64,000 bases of DNA from Waterburya sp. (GCA_965217895.1 CBDCJV010000002.1:4960001-5024000), one strand, 5' to 3'; shown: positions 53,392 through 64,000, counted from the stretch's first letter. Numbers and translations: made by a program. Notes: generated by a model not told the origin, from the sequence alone.

Positions 53392-54843
53392 ATGCTCAGT
53401 GCCTTAATTCTCATTCCTTTTTTGAGCGCAGCCATAATTGGCTTGACTCCAATCAAAGACAAAAATATCCGTAGCGTTGCCGTAATTACGGCAGTCAGTA
53501 TTTTAGTTTTAAATATGGTTTTGGGTCTTCAATTTAATTTTCAGCAGTCAGGTTTACAGTTTGCCGAAGACATACCCTGGATTGAATGGATTGGTCTAAA
53601 TTATCATCTGGGAATTGACGGTCTTTCTTTTCCTTTGGTATTGCTTAATAGTCTTTTGACTTTGATCGCTATTTTTATTACTAGCCCTGCAATTCAAAGA
53701 CCCAAGTTATATTATGCAATGCTGTTTCTGCTTAATGGTGGGGCAACGGGTGCATTTTTGGCTCAAGATTTACTGCTGTTTTTCTTGTTTTATGAGTTAG
53801 AAATTGTACCCCTCTACTTCCTGATTGCTATTTGGGGTGGGGCGAGAAGAGGTTATGCAGCCATGAAGTTTTTGCTTTACACAGCTTTATCGGGAATTTT
53901 GGTGCTGGCTTCCTTTTTGGGTTTGGTATGGTTGACTGGCGAAACCAGCTTTGACTATCTCATATTGCGATCGCATACTCTGCCTTTAAATAGTCAATTA
54001 TTATTGCTGGCACCGCTTTTAATTGGCGTATTTATTAAAATTCCTATTTTTCCTTTTCATACCTGGCTGCCCGATGCCCACGTAGAAGCATCTACGCCCA
54101 TATCTGTGCTGCTGGCGGGGGTGCTGCTAAAGCTCGGTACTTATGCCTTATTGCGTTTTGGAATTGGTCTATTTCTAGAAGGTTGGGTTTATCTTGCTCC
54201 TTGGCTGGCCTATTTAGCGGGAATTAGTGCCTTATATGGAGCTTCCTGTGCGATCGCTCAAAAAGATATGAAAAAAGTAGTAGCGTACTCTTCGATTGCT
54301 CACATGGCATATATTCTCTTGGCAGCAACCGCTACTACCCGCTTGAGCATGAGTGCAGCAGTATTTCAGATGGTAAGTCATGGATTAATTTCTGCTTTTC
54401 TTTTCCTGCTTGTCGGCATGGTTTACAAAAAAACTGGTTCACGGGATGTAGATGTCTTGAGAGGTTTACTAAACCCCGAAAAAGGTCTGCCTGTTACTGG
54501 CGGGTTAATGATCCTAGGAGTGATGGCAAGCTCTGGTTTACCTGGAATGGTGGGCTTTATCTCAGAATTTCTCGTGTTTAGAGGCAGTTTTCCTATTTTC
54601 CCTATTCCCACCCTTCTATGTTTAGTGGGAACCGGCTTAACGGCAGTTTACTTTTTGCTAGTAATTAATAAAGTCTTTTTTGGTCGCCTTACCGTTGGTT
54701 TGACAAATATCCCTCCCGTGCAATGGAAAGAACACGCTCCTGCTTTTGTTTTACTGTTGCTAATTATTGCCTTTGGTATCAAGCCAGATTGGGTAACTCA
54801 CTGGAGCGAAGTACAGGCTGTTGCTCTTTTAACAGGCGGTTAA
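53392..54843 (+). CDS. ndhD4: NDH-1 CO2-uptake subunit NdhD4
   Basis: FPFHTWLPDAHVEA and YSSIAHM; gene context. Confidence 0.88.
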   Translation: MLSALILIPFLSAAIIGLTPIKDKNIRSVAVITAVSILVLNMVLGLQFNFQQSGLQFAEDIPWIEWIGLNYHLGIDGLSFPLVLLNSLLTLIAIFITSPAIQRPKLYYAMLFLLNGGATGAFLAQDLLLFFLFYELEIVPLYFLIAIWGGARRGYAAMKFLLYTALSGILVLASFLGLVWLTGETSFDYLILRSHTLPLNSQLLLLAPLLIGVFIKIPIFPFHTWLPDAHVEASTPISVLLAGVLLKLGTYALLRFGIGLFLEGWVYLAPWLAYLAGISALYGASCAIAQKDMKKVVAYSSIAHMAYILLAATATTRLSMSAAVFQMVSHGLISAFLFLLVGMVYKKTGSRDVDVLRGLLNPEKGLPVTGGLMILGVMASSGLPGMVGFISEFLVFRGSFPIFPIPTLLCLVGTGLTAVYFLLVINKVFFGRLTVGLTNIPPVQWKEHAPAFVLLLLIIAFGIKPDWVTHWSEVQAVALLTGG

Positions 54844-54899
54844 GCTTTGATCTTTAAAACTCAATCACTGATTTAAATAAAACAATTTATTAAATAGTT

Positions 54900-56051
54900 A
54901 TGGTTAATACTCCTGTTAGACGTTCTAAGTCTCGTTTAGTAGACGAATATATTACTAGATTAGAACAAGGAAATGCCTTGCTTGATGATTCTCCTCAAAA
55001 TTTAGTGGAGGTTGTTGGCATCCTCAAAAGTTACGGCATAGTTCTTGATGCTTATTCCATTAATCTCTGCTATATTGCTAATACCCAATTTTTGAAGCTG
55101 TTTCCCCTATTCAAATATTTTAATGGGAAGGTAAATACTGAGAAGGTTGCTAAGTTTCTTTGGCACAAACGCATCAATTACGAATACGCTGAATATTGCA
55201 TGAAAGCCATGTTTTGGCATGGTGGTGGCGGGCTAGATGCCTATCTTGATACTCCAGAATTTACGGCTCAAGCTGATAAGTTAATTAAAGCTTACTTTAA
55301 ATACAATCCTTTGATGCTAGTTCTGCACAAAGCATTTAAAGACTTTTTGCCAGAGCAAATGCGTCAGATGGCTTACTACAGTGGATTAGGGCAATTCTGG
55401 CGAGTGATGAGCGATATTTTCTTAGAATTATCTGATAGTTACGATCGCGGTGAGATTAAATCTATTCCTGATGTGGTGAAATTTATTCTCGATGGTTTGG
55501 TTGCCGATGCTACTCGACCAATCACTTATACGGTGAAAGTTCGTGGTCAGAAGTACGATATTATTCCCGAATCAGCAGGACTAACTTTTTTAGCTGATAC
55601 AGGCGTTCCCTATATAGAGGCGATTTTCTTTAGAGGCACTCCTTTCCCAGGCACGGTATCTTACAATGCTCAGGCTTATGAAATTTCTTACGATCTCGGT
55701 ATGTTCAACTATGGAGCATTATTTGCAGATCCTTTGCCTATTGGCGGTGCAGGAATTCCTCCTACTTTGCTGATGCAGGATATGAGACATTTTTTACCTG
55801 ACTATCTGCGTCAGCTTTATCGCCAAAGCCCCCGTGGAGAAGGAGATATTAGAGTGCAAATCTGTCAAAGCTTCCAAAAATCAATGTTTTGTGTAACCAC
55901 CGCTGCAATTCAAGGGTTAGCACCTCATCCTTTAGATACCAAAGATCCAGAACAACGAACTGTTAATCATCAATATCTTAAAAATTGGCTAAATCGCATT
56001 ATAGAAACTCAACTTATTAAAGTAAATACTAAGACAGAATTTCAGCACTAA
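54900..56051 (+). CDS. cupB: CO2 hydration protein CupB (ChpX)
   Basis: EVVGILKSYG, EYAEYCM and GIPPTLLMQDM; 383 aa (short form). Confidence 0.9.
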   Translation: MVNTPVRRSKSRLVDEYITRLEQGNALLDDSPQNLVEVVGILKSYGIVLDAYSINLCYIANTQFLKLFPLFKYFNGKVNTEKVAKFLWHKRINYEYAEYCMKAMFWHGGGGLDAYLDTPEFTAQADKLIKAYFKYNPLMLVLHKAFKDFLPEQMRQMAYYSGLGQFWRVMSDIFLELSDSYDRGEIKSIPDVVKFILDGLVADATRPITYTVKVRGQKYDIIPESAGLTFLADTGVPYIEAIFFRGTPFPGTVSYNAQAYEISYDLGMFNYGALFADPLPIGGAGIPPTLLMQDMRHFLPDYLRQLYRQSPRGEGDIRVQICQSFQKSMFCVTTAAIQGLAPHPLDTKDPEQRTVNHQYLKNWLNRIIETQLIKVNTKTEFQH

Positions 56052-56095
56052 CGACTATTTGTTAAGCTTTCTAACGCCAGCTTTTTTAGTAAGAC

Positions 56096-56572
56096 TTAAT
56101 TGTCTACCGTTACGGGGATTTGTGACTGGATTCGTCGGGCTAAGTCCTCCGAAGGTTTTAAGTTGTTGTACAACACCATAGTAGTAGTTTCATTTTGTTT
56201 AAAGCCGATACGCTCGTAAAAGCTTTGCTGATGGGTGGTAGTTAGATAAACTCTTTCTACTTTGCTAACTAAAGGATGAGATATAACAGTTTCTACTAGC
56301 TTTCTGCCTAAGCCTATGCCTTGATAATCGGGGTCAACAACTACATCCCAAATTCCAGCACGGTAAATACCATCAGAAGTTGCTCTAGCAAAGCCAATAA
56401 GATGTTCTGCGTCCCAGACTGTAACTACAGGATTGCTGTTGGCGATCGCAATTTGTAAGTCATTGATATTTCGTTCTTGCGCCCAAAAAGCTGTTTTTGC
56501 GAACAAGCGTTGTAGCTGTACGAAATCTACTTTTAACTTATCGGCACAAAATTGAATATGACTACAATCCAT
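56096..56572 (-). CDS. GNAT N-acetyltransferase
   Basis: IGFARATSD, YQGIGLG and FYERIGF. Confidence 0.9.
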   Translation of the reverse strand: MDCSHIQFCADKLKVDFVQLQRLFAKTAFWAQERNINDLQIAIANSNPVVTVWDAEHLIGFARATSDGIYRAGIWDVVVDPDYQGIGLGRKLVETVISHPLVSKVERVYLTTTHQQSFYERIGFKQNETTTMVLYNNLKPSEDLARRIQSQIPVTVDN

Positions 56573-56929
56573 TGCGGTTGATACCTCTTAAGAAAATTAC
56601 CAAAAATCTCTTGATATTACGTATAAATCTAGCTTGATTTGTTCTAATTCAAGTGTGATTTAAAACACCAATTTATTAGTTGTTGATTTTTTCCATTTTA
56701 CAGATATATTTGTAATTTTTTGGCTAAATATCCAGGATATGTGTCTTTATTTCCTGACATTGAAAATGTTTAGTATTAGTCAACAGTAGGGTAGGCATTT
56801 ATGAAAACCAGAATCTAAAATCAATTATTTAGGTGATGCCCACCAGCTAGTAATTTTTTCAAAAGTTGTGGTAATTAAGTATTAATAGCTAGATTAAAGA
56901 AAAATATTAACTATGCCCAACAATTATTT

Positions 56930-57799
56930 ATGACTTCTCAACGTTTGGGAATATTATATGCAGTCTTAGCTTATGGCATTTGGGGATTGTTTCCAGTGTA
57001 TTGGAAACTTCTTGGCTCAATTCCTGCTCTAGAAATTTTAAGTCATCGCGTCATTTGGTCTAGCGTATTATTGTTAGGGGTTTTGTTTGGCTACAAGCGG
57101 TGGCAAGAGTTGGGCAAGCTGCTTTTAAAACCAAGGCAATTACTACCTTTACTCGCTTCAGGCAGCATTTTAGCTTTTAATTGGGGATTATATATTTATG
57201 GAGTTAACAGCGATCGCATTATTGAAACTAGTTTAGGATATTTTATTAATCCTCTAGTTAGCGTGCTGTTGGGTGTAATTATATTGCGCGAGCGGCTTCG
57301 ATGGTTACAGTGGCTTGCATTTGGTTTAGCAACTCTCGGTGTTGGCTACTCAATTTTTGCTGCGGGACAAGTTCCCTGGATTGCTTTGGGATTAGCTTTT
57401 TCCTTTGGAACTTACGGACTTTTAAGGAAAATAATTGTTGTTAACCCTTTACTAGGGTTGACAGTAGAAACCTGCTTATTAGCTCCCGTGGCGATCGCTT
57501 ATCTTACATGGCACAATGACAACCACTTTGGACAAAATGGGCTGATTACCCTGCTCTTGATTGGTTGTGGAATCGTAACGTCTGTTCCCTTATTTTGCTT
57601 TAACAGTGCCGTACAGCTACTGCGACTTTCGACTATCGGGTTTTTACAATACATTGCACCCAGTCTGCAACTAATAATCGGCGTTTGGTTATACCATGAA
57701 CCCTTTACGAGAAATAATGCGATCGTCTTTGGCTTGATTTGGACTGCATTAGCAGTTTATTCGGCTACTTCCCTTGTCAAATCGTCAAAGATGAAATGA
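56930..57799 (+). CDS. rarD: EamA/RarD family transporter
   Basis: EILSHRVIWS, ETSLGYFINPL and GFLQYIAPS. Confidence 0.9.
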   Translation: MTSQRLGILYAVLAYGIWGLFPVYWKLLGSIPALEILSHRVIWSSVLLLGVLFGYKRWQELGKLLLKPRQLLPLLASGSILAFNWGLYIYGVNSDRIIETSLGYFINPLVSVLLGVIILRERLRWLQWLAFGLATLGVGYSIFAAGQVPWIALGLAFSFGTYGLLRKIIVVNPLLGLTVETCLLAPVAIAYLTWHNDNHFGQNGLITLLLIGCGIVTSVPLFCFNSAVQLLRLSTIGFLQYIAPSLQLIIGVWLYHEPFTRNNAIVFGLIWTALAVYSATSLVKSSKMK

Positions 57800-57886
57800 A
57801 TAGAGGGGATTTTGATTAATGGCGATCGCGACTAACGTAATCGCTACGATTAAGAGTAAAATTCTCGAAGGTGGTGCATTTGAATA

Positions 57887-58297
57887 TTAGTCGAAAAAAA
57901 TCATATTTTCGTAAGGATTTTCTTTGATTGCTGCTAAACGCGATCGCCAGTTGCCTAAATGAAGTTCTAATTTGTGATTGTCAGGATCTAAAATGTATAA
58001 TGAATCTCCCTCGCTAGTATTTTCTTGCCATAGCTTGAAATTATGCCGCTCAATATTTTGGCGATATTCTTTTAAAAATTCTGGCGCAACGCTAAAAGCG
58101 ATATGAGTATAGTCTGAAGACATTGGACTATCAAGATTGGGATTCACAGATAAACACAGCCATAAATCCCCTGCTAATAAATATGCACCACGTTTCCATT
58201 TAGCCAGAGGCTTACAGCCCAAGGTTTGGGTATAAAAATTAAACGATGTTTCCAAACAAGAAACTGATAAAGTAAGGTGATTTAATCCTGTTAACAT
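57887..58297 (-). CDS. VOC-family FosA-like glutathione transferase
   Basis: GLNHLTL, GAYL, DYTHIAF and NTSEGDSLYILDPDNHKLELH. Confidence 0.85.
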   Translation of the reverse strand: MLTGLNHLTLSVSCLETSFNFYTQTLGCKPLAKWKRGAYLLAGDLWLCLSVNPNLDSPMSSDYTHIAFSVAPEFLKEYRQNIERHNFKLWQENTSEGDSLYILDPDNHKLELHLGNWRSRLAAIKENPYENMIFFD

Positions 58298-58322
58298 TAT
58301 TTTTGCTTAATTAATAATTTTT

Positions 58323-58952
58323 ATGATTACTATTGCCTTGCCAAAAGGCGCATTATTAAAAGACAGTATCGAATTATTTCGCAATCTAGGCTTAGATTTT
58401 AGTGTTTTTCTTGATCAAACCAATCGTCAGCTACAAATTAGCGATCCGACAAATACCGCCAAAGCTTTATTAGTTAGAGCGCAAGATGTGCCTGTATATG
58501 TAGAATATGGGCAAGCACAACTAGGAATTGTTGGTTATGATGTATTGCGAGAGAAACAGCCAGAAGTTGCTAACCTAATAGATCTTAAATTCGGTCATTG
58601 TCGTTTATCAGTAGCAGTACCCGCTAGTAGTCCTTATAAACGTTCGGTTGAACTGCCACCCCACGGTAGAGTAGCATCTAAATTTGTTAACTGTGCCAAA
58701 GAACATTTTGACAGTATAGATTTACCCGTGGAGATTGTTCCTTTATCTGGTTCAGTAGAATTAGGGCCAATTACGGGAATGTCTGAAGCTATCGTAGATC
58801 TGGTTTCTACAGGCAAAACTCTTAAGGAAAACGGCTTAATTGAGACAGATATACTATATGAAAGCAGTGCTAGATTAATTGCCCATCCCCTTAGCTATCG
58901 TCTCAATCGTGACAATATTAACGACCTAGTAGCAAAGTTGAGTAAAGAGTAA
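58323..58952 (+). CDS. hisG: ATP phosphoribosyltransferase (short form)
   Basis: IALPKG, GSVELGP and [15 protein letters not shown]. Confidence 0.96.
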   Translation: MITIALPKGALLKDSIELFRNLGLDFSVFLDQTNRQLQISDPTNTAKALLVRAQDVPVYVEYGQAQLGIVGYDVLREKQPEVANLIDLKFGHCRLSVAVPASSPYKRSVELPPHGRVASKFVNCAKEHFDSIDLPVEIVPLSGSVELGPITGMSEAIVDLVSTGKTLKENGLIETDILYESSARLIAHPLSYRLNRDNINDLVAKLSKE

Positions 58953-58986
58953 AAAATTAGAAGTGCAAAGTTGGCTGTTGTATTTT

Positions 58987-59409
58987 TCAAGATTCTAAAA
59001 ATGCGATCGCCTTTAATTTAATCCTGTCTGGGTCAACTTTTGCTCCTAACTCCCTGGCATCTATTTTTCCTTCAAATGCCTCGAAAGATGCTTCTTGCAA
59101 AGCATGATCGTAAGCTTCTTCTATTATTTCATTTAAAGTTTGAGAATTGGCATAATAACCACCACTGCGCTTACGTTTATTAGTTCTATTGATATATTTG
59201 ACCGAGTTAAATATCGATCTATCCCAAGAGCTAGTAGTTCTGGCTTCAGCTTCTTGCTTAATTAAATGAACGAGAAGAATAATCATGTAGCTATAAATCT
59301 TATTTAATTTATCTTCTACTGACATTTCCTCTAAATCGTTGACAATGGACAATGCACCTTGATAATCTTGATTTTCTATTTTTTCCCTCAATTTTTGCAG
59401 TTCATTCAT
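58987..59409 (-). CDS. DUF29-like protein
   Basis: LEEMS, LLVHLIK and TSSW pattern. Confidence 0.7.
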   Translation of the reverse strand: MNELQKLREKIENQDYQGALSIVNDLEEMSVEDKLNKIYSYMIILLVHLIKQEAEARTTSSWDRSIFNSVKYINRTNKRKRSGGYYANSQTLNEIIEEAYDHALQEASFEAFEGKIDARELGAKVDPDRIKLKAIAFLES

Positions 59410-59645
59410 AACCTTATTTTTACGTCAGCACTAATAACTATTATATGATCTGAGTAAAATAGACGAAACTATTGTGACAACTAAGTTTCGCGCACTTAGA
59501 ATAATCGTGCTATAAGTCTGCAAGCCTTGGTACTACTCTTTTTTGAGGATATGTTGTCATAATTTGAATTAAAGACTAGACACAAATAGCAAATTAAAGC
59601 TAACGACCAATAGCCAAAATCACAGATATATTTTAATCAAAATTT

Positions 59646-61481
59646 ATGATCGCCACTTCCCACACTTCAGAAACTAAAGAAAAAAAACCAGAGAATGATT
59701 GGCGGTTATTTCTGAAGCTAGTTCCTTATGCTCGCCAAAGCAGAGGAATACTAATTGTTTCTTTGGTTTTACTCGTTCCTTTGGCTGTGGCTGGTGCAAT
59801 TCAGCCTTTAATTGTTGGTCAAGCTATTTCGTTGCTTAAAGGAGAATCAACCTGGAGTTTTTTGCATGGGGTATCTATCAAAGAGGGAATTAATCTTTTA
59901 TCAGGGTTGCTTTTAATCACGGTATTAATCAAGCTCATGTTTTCGTCAGTGCAGGGTTACCTGGTACAAAAAATTGGACAGGAGATTACTGCCGAAGTCA
60001 GACAAGATTTGTTTACTCACGTGACTTCTTTGGCATCAAGCTTTTTTGATCGCACTCCTGTAGGCAAACTAATTACTCGTATTGCCAGTGATGTAGAAGC
60101 TTTAGGAAATGTTTTTGCCAGCGGTGCAATTGGCGTAGTTAGTGATTTTGTTTCTATTTTGGCAATTATAGTGATGATTTATCTCACTAACTGGAAGTTG
60201 GCATCAATTCTGGTTTTTATGCTGATTCCCGTGACGGCACTAATTATTTATTTTCAGCAGCAATATCGTAAAGCCAACTATAAAGCCAGGGAAGAATTAT
60301 CTAAGCTTAATTCCATGCTGCAAGAAAATATTACTGGGATTAATATTGTGCAGCTATTTCGGCGGGAAAAATACAATAGCCAAATGTATCGCTCAATTAA
60401 CAAACGCTACCGCTCAGAAGTTGATAAAACTATCTTTCATGATTCGGCTGTATCGGCGACGCTAGAATGGATTGCCTTAGTTGCGATCGCAGCAGTTCTT
60501 TGGGTAGGCGGGATCTTTGTTCTTCGCGATAGTATGCAGTATGGAGAACTAACGGCGTTTATTCTCTATGCTCAACGGTTATTTAATCCCATACGCCAGT
60601 TTGCTGATAAGTTTACCATGTTTCAGTCTGGGTTTACGGCGATCGAAAGGATTACGGAATTGCTAAAAGAACCGATTGAAATTAGAGATAAAATCATCTC
60701 TGTTGCCGAAGGACACCGTACTTTGTTATCCAATGATGCTAGTAATTCTCAAACAGGGGAAATTCGCTTTGAGAATGTTTGGTTTGGCTATAAAAGCGAT
60801 GAATATGTAATCAAAAATTTAGACTTCACTATCAAACCTGGAGAAAAAGTAGCTTTAGTCGGTCCTACAGGTGCAGGAAAAAGCTCTATAATTCGTTTGC
60901 TGTGTCGTCTTTACGAACCAAGTAAGGGCAGAATATTAGTAGACGGCATTGATATTAGAGATATTCCCCAGGCAGATTTACGTCGTTATATTGGTGTGAT
61001 TTTACAAGAAAGCTTTTTGTTTGCAGGAGATGTCAAACGCAATATTACCTTGGGCGATGATTATTCTTTTGAAGAAGTTAAACAGGCTGCCAAATTAGTT
61101 AATATTGATAGCTTTATTGAAGATTTGCCCGATGGCTACGACACAATCTTACGGGAGAGAGGTACAAATCTTTCGGGAGGACAAAAACAGCTTTTAGCTT
61201 TTGCGCGGGTTGCTATCCGTAATCCTCATGTTTTGATTTTAGATGAGGCTACTTCCAGCTTAGATGTATCCACCGAAGCTTTAATTCAATCGGCTTTAGA
61301 TCAGCTATTGATCAATCGTTCGGCAATTATTATTGCTCATCGTCTTTCTACTATTCGTAACGTAGATAAAATTTTGGTGCTAAAGCGTGGCGAATTAGTA
61401 GAATCTGGTAGTCATGATGAATTATTAGCTACTGAAGGATTGTACTCCAGCTTATACAAATTACAAATGCTAGGAAATTAG
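59646..61481 (+). CDS. ABC exporter (fused TMD-NBD, MdlB-like)
   Basis: GPTGAGKS, LSGGQKQ, ILDEAT and IAHRLST. Confidence 0.95.
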   Translation: MIATSHTSETKEKKPENDWRLFLKLVPYARQSRGILIVSLVLLVPLAVAGAIQPLIVGQAISLLKGESTWSFLHGVSIKEGINLLSGLLLITVLIKLMFSSVQGYLVQKIGQEITAEVRQDLFTHVTSLASSFFDRTPVGKLITRIASDVEALGNVFASGAIGVVSDFVSILAIIVMIYLTNWKLASILVFMLIPVTALIIYFQQQYRKANYKAREELSKLNSMLQENITGINIVQLFRREKYNSQMYRSINKRYRSEVDKTIFHDSAVSATLEWIALVAIAAVLWVGGIFVLRDSMQYGELTAFILYAQRLFNPIRQFADKFTMFQSGFTAIERITELLKEPIEIRDKIISVAEGHRTLLSNDASNSQTGEIRFENVWFGYKSDEYVIKNLDFTIKPGEKVALVGPTGAGKSSIIRLLCRLYEPSKGRILVDGIDIRDIPQADLRRYIGVILQESFLFAGDVKRNITLGDDYSFEEVKQAAKLVNIDSFIEDLPDGYDTILRERGTNLSGGQKQLLAFARVAIRNPHVLILDEATSSLDVSTEALIQSALDQLLINRSAIIIAHRLSTIRNVDKILVLKRGELVESGSHDELLATEGLYSSLYKLQMLGN

Positions 61482-61525
61482 TTCTTTGGATATCTCAACT
61501 TTAAGCTGGATCGCAATTTTCAAGA

Positions 61526-61960
61526 TTAAGTTTCAAGATTAAGAATTTCCTGGGGATAATCACAGCCAGAAAGCATGATAGATGTAATGGCTGAATAAGC
61601 TTCAGCCCAGGCTGCTGCAACCTCAGCTGTCCAGCGATCTTCGAGGACAAAAGCCATTGATTTGAGTAAAGCGGATCCTACCATTGGGTAATGCTCTGGA
61701 ATAACGCCGTATTTCATGTGCTTTGTTCCTAAGCCTTGAAGTGCATCAGTTAGTGTATCTGGTTTGGTTAAGTTATCTACCACCAGTACGAGGGAAGCAA
61801 ATAACTTTTGACCTTGCTGATTCATATCAGTACCAGAAAATAAGGGTTTTACCTGGGGATAATCGGCAAATAATGTATTGTAAAAGCAATTTGTCAAATC
61901 AGTTTGGCGATCGCATACTAATCTAAAGCTAGTTTCTAACAAATCAATTTGTAGAGTCAT
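61526..61960 (-). CDS. Single-domain globin (flavohaemoglobin-type globin fold)
   Basis: FY..LF..YP.VKPLF, Q..KL, LG.KH..YGV..EHYP.VG and AW..AY. Confidence 0.9.
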   Translation of the reverse strand: MTLQIDLLETSFRLVCDRQTDLTNCFYNTLFADYPQVKPLFSGTDMNQQGQKLFASLVLVVDNLTKPDTLTDALQGLGTKHMKYGVIPEHYPMVGSALLKSMAFVLEDRWTAEVAAAWAEAYSAITSIMLSGCDYPQEILNLET

Positions 61961-62035
61961 AGAAAATTTTTCGTTACTTAAACATTAAAGATAGTTTGAC
62001 AACATTACTCTGAAAAAGCCATGAGATAGCTTCTA

Positions 62036-62134
62036 AAGGGTTAGCTCCGCGTCCCGCTCCGCATATAGCCGCATCTAGGAGCTAATCCTTGAGGAATCCT
62101 TTACAACTACCGAACCCGAATGCTTCGCCCTTAC
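62036..62134. repeat. Hairpin repeat plus REP-like half site
   Basis: AAGGGTTAGCTCC/GGAGCTAATCCTT stem (62036-62090) and CCGAATGCTTCGCCCTTAC (62116-62134). Confidence 0.6.
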
Positions 62135-62455
62135 TTCATCATATTGTTCTAATTGAAAACAAGCTGCTCTGCAAAAAAAGTTTATTTTACTACTAATTAA
62201 TATTGATATTTATATCATTTATATCTTTATATAGAGCGAAGACCCAACTAATCAGATTAGGCTCGTTATAATTACAATTTGGCATAAAACAATCTAAAGC
62301 TAGCCTTTAGCTCATAATTAACTTAAGTTAGAGATGGGCTAAGAGTTTTACTCCTAAACGGACAGAGTAATCTTGACTCAAACTAACGTTAATATAAGAT
62401 TGGTTGCATTTTCAGCCTAAAGATATTTAATAGTACTTGGAAAATATCACGATGT

Positions 62456-63010
62456 TTGAGGTGTATGTCTAACATTCATAACTTAAATAGTTTTTCAGCT
62501 AATTCTGGAGTAGATTTATTACAAAAAGAATGGAAGGATTTTAATCGCTTTCATTTTCAAGGAGAATATCCCTGTCCTGTTTGCCGTCACGGTAAAGTAA
62601 GAGAGATGCCGATGATGGAAACTTTCGCCTGTGGCTTTTGTCAACATATTTTCACGACAAATTTTGACAAACAATTGTTGAAGATGGCGGACAGTCAATT
62701 GCCATTAACTTGGTACTGGAATGGCAAAACCTGGAAGGGAATTCATAGAGAGGGTGCAGAGATAGGCTGGGCTTACTTGTTATTCGCCTTTGGTTTTGTC
62801 TGTATTCCTACGGCAATTATTGCTTCTGGAATGTATCTGTTCCCACCAACAGCAGATAGTCTCCTATCCTGGCTTCCCTTAACCTGGACGATTCTGACGT
62901 TTTGCGCTCATCTACTTTGTGTTGTTTGGCTAATAATTGAATATTATCAATTTCCTATTTTTCTCTACTTTCGAGCTTTGAGAAGAAAACTATCGTTACG
63001 AGATAATTAG
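62456..63010 (+). CDS. Zn-ribbon membrane protein (hypothetical)
   Basis: CPVC..CGFC plus two TM helices. Confidence 0.7.
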   Translation: MRCMSNIHNLNSFSANSGVDLLQKEWKDFNRFHFQGEYPCPVCRHGKVREMPMMETFACGFCQHIFTTNFDKQLLKMADSQLPLTWYWNGKTWKGIHREGAEIGWAYLLFAFGFVCIPTAIIASGMYLFPPTADSLLSWLPLTWTILTFCAHLLCVVWLIIEYYQFPIFLYFRALRRKLSLRDN

Positions 63011-63062
63011 CCAGGACTTACGGATTTTAATGCTAAACAAAAAAGCCGTTAGGCAGCCAAAT

Positions 63063-63884
63063 CTATGAAGTTGAGGCACTCAAAACTACAGTAGCCAGTT
63101 TGATTGATTTAAGCATCTCAGCAGCGGAAGCAAATCGCCGTTGAGGAAGCTTTTGCATGGCTTTAGATATAGTAGAACGCAATAGAAAAGGAATTGTATG
63201 AGGAATACTCACTATTTTACTTAAATGGGAATTTCTTAAATCTTGATAGATGCCTGAGAAAGGTCTTTCTCCTACCAAAAGTTCATACAGCATTACCCCA
63301 ACAGCATAAAGATCTGAAGCATGGGAATAATGACCATAGAATTGTTCTGGAGCCATGTAAGCAGGTGAACCTGTATCGCCATTACCCGAAGGTTGGGAAT
63401 TTATCTCTGAAGCCAGACGAGCGATACCAAAATCAGCAATTCGAGCAGTCCAACCGTCTGCTTGAGGTTCTAATAAAATATTTTCTGGTTTAAGGTCTCG
63501 ATGAACAATATTGCGATCGCGCGCATACTCTAAACCTGATAAAATATCTGTAATTAGCTTGAGACTTTGTAGTGGCTCTATTTTCTCCTCAGACTCAATT
63601 AGCTCTCTCAAAGTCCCTCCTTGGCAGTAATCCATTACCAAATATCTTCTAGTAGGGCTATACTCTAATCCTCGACAGCTAACGATATTTGGATGCTGCA
63701 AAGTTACCAAAAATCCCAATTCACGCAAAAACATCTTGGTAGAAAATTGTTTTCGGTCAAGTTCTTTGAGAGCTACTAGTTCTTTAGTTTGAAGATGTGC
63801 TGCACAAAAAACCTGACCGTATTGACCTTGACCAAGGGAGTGTAAAATCTGATATTGGGATTGGTATTTAGCATCTAGAGACAT
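63063..63884 (-). CDS. Hanks-type Ser/Thr protein kinase (kinase domain only)
   Basis: GQGQYG, VALK, HRDLKPEN, DFG and YMAPE all intact. Confidence 0.93.
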   Translation of the reverse strand: MSLDAKYQSQYQILHSLGQGQYGQVFCAAHLQTKELVALKELDRKQFSTKMFLRELGFLVTLQHPNIVSCRGLEYSPTRRYLVMDYCQGGTLRELIESEEKIEPLQSLKLITDILSGLEYARDRNIVHRDLKPENILLEPQADGWTARIADFGIARLASEINSQPSGNGDTGSPAYMAPEQFYGHYSHASDLYAVGVMLYELLVGERPFSGIYQDLRNSHLSKIVSIPHTIPFLLRSTISKAMQKLPQRRFASAAEMLKSIKLATVVLSASTS

Positions 63885-63892
63885 ACTAAGAG

Positions 63893-63942
63893 AGGTCAGG
63901 GGTCAAGGGTCAGTTAGGGGCGAACGGCTGTTCGCCCGTACA
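63893..63942. repeat. Heptamer run plus REP-like palindrome
   Basis: (A/G)GGTCA(G/A) x3, then GGGCGAAC-GGCT-GTTCGCCC-GTACA. Confidence 0.65.
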
Positions 63943-64000
63943 GAAGTTAGGAAAACAAGCCACTAGCTAATACTTGGTCAGAATCTCGCCCATTAGCAGC

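Overview
Chromosomal DNA of a beta-cyanobacterium, shown by Form IB rbcLXS, the ccmK2K1LMN operon, a split DnaE intein and frequent HIP1 (GCGATCGC) sites. The repeat style suggests Pleurocapsales, but that is only an inference. Bases 1 to about 9,100 are a decaying, plasmid-derived accessory island. It holds an IS4-like element disrupted by a 232-bp heptamer-armed insertion, Xre/RES and VapBC toxin-antitoxin loci, a Zn-finger plus putative kleisin (ScpA)-like gene pair, a degenerate HTH-serine recombinase, a relaxase with truncated MobC, a truncated 2OG-Fe(II) oxygenase, a frameshifted GT2 and an IS1 remnant. The rest is mostly core genome: cbpAM, 1-Cys peroxiredoxin, a two-component pair, a membrane pseudokinase, RsbU/RsbW-like genes, dnaE-c and dnaE-n only about 13.7 kb apart, hflX (apparent AUC start), clpC, rimI, lysA-cdaA-uppS, an amidase operon with a canonical NtcA promoter, miaA, rbcLXS, ccm, ndhF4-ndhD4-cupB, hisG and others. 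Intergenic spaces contain many heptamer arrays and small GC-rich hairpin repeats. No tRNA, rRNA or CRISPR array was seen. All protein assignments come from motif recognition by eye; no database searches were run.
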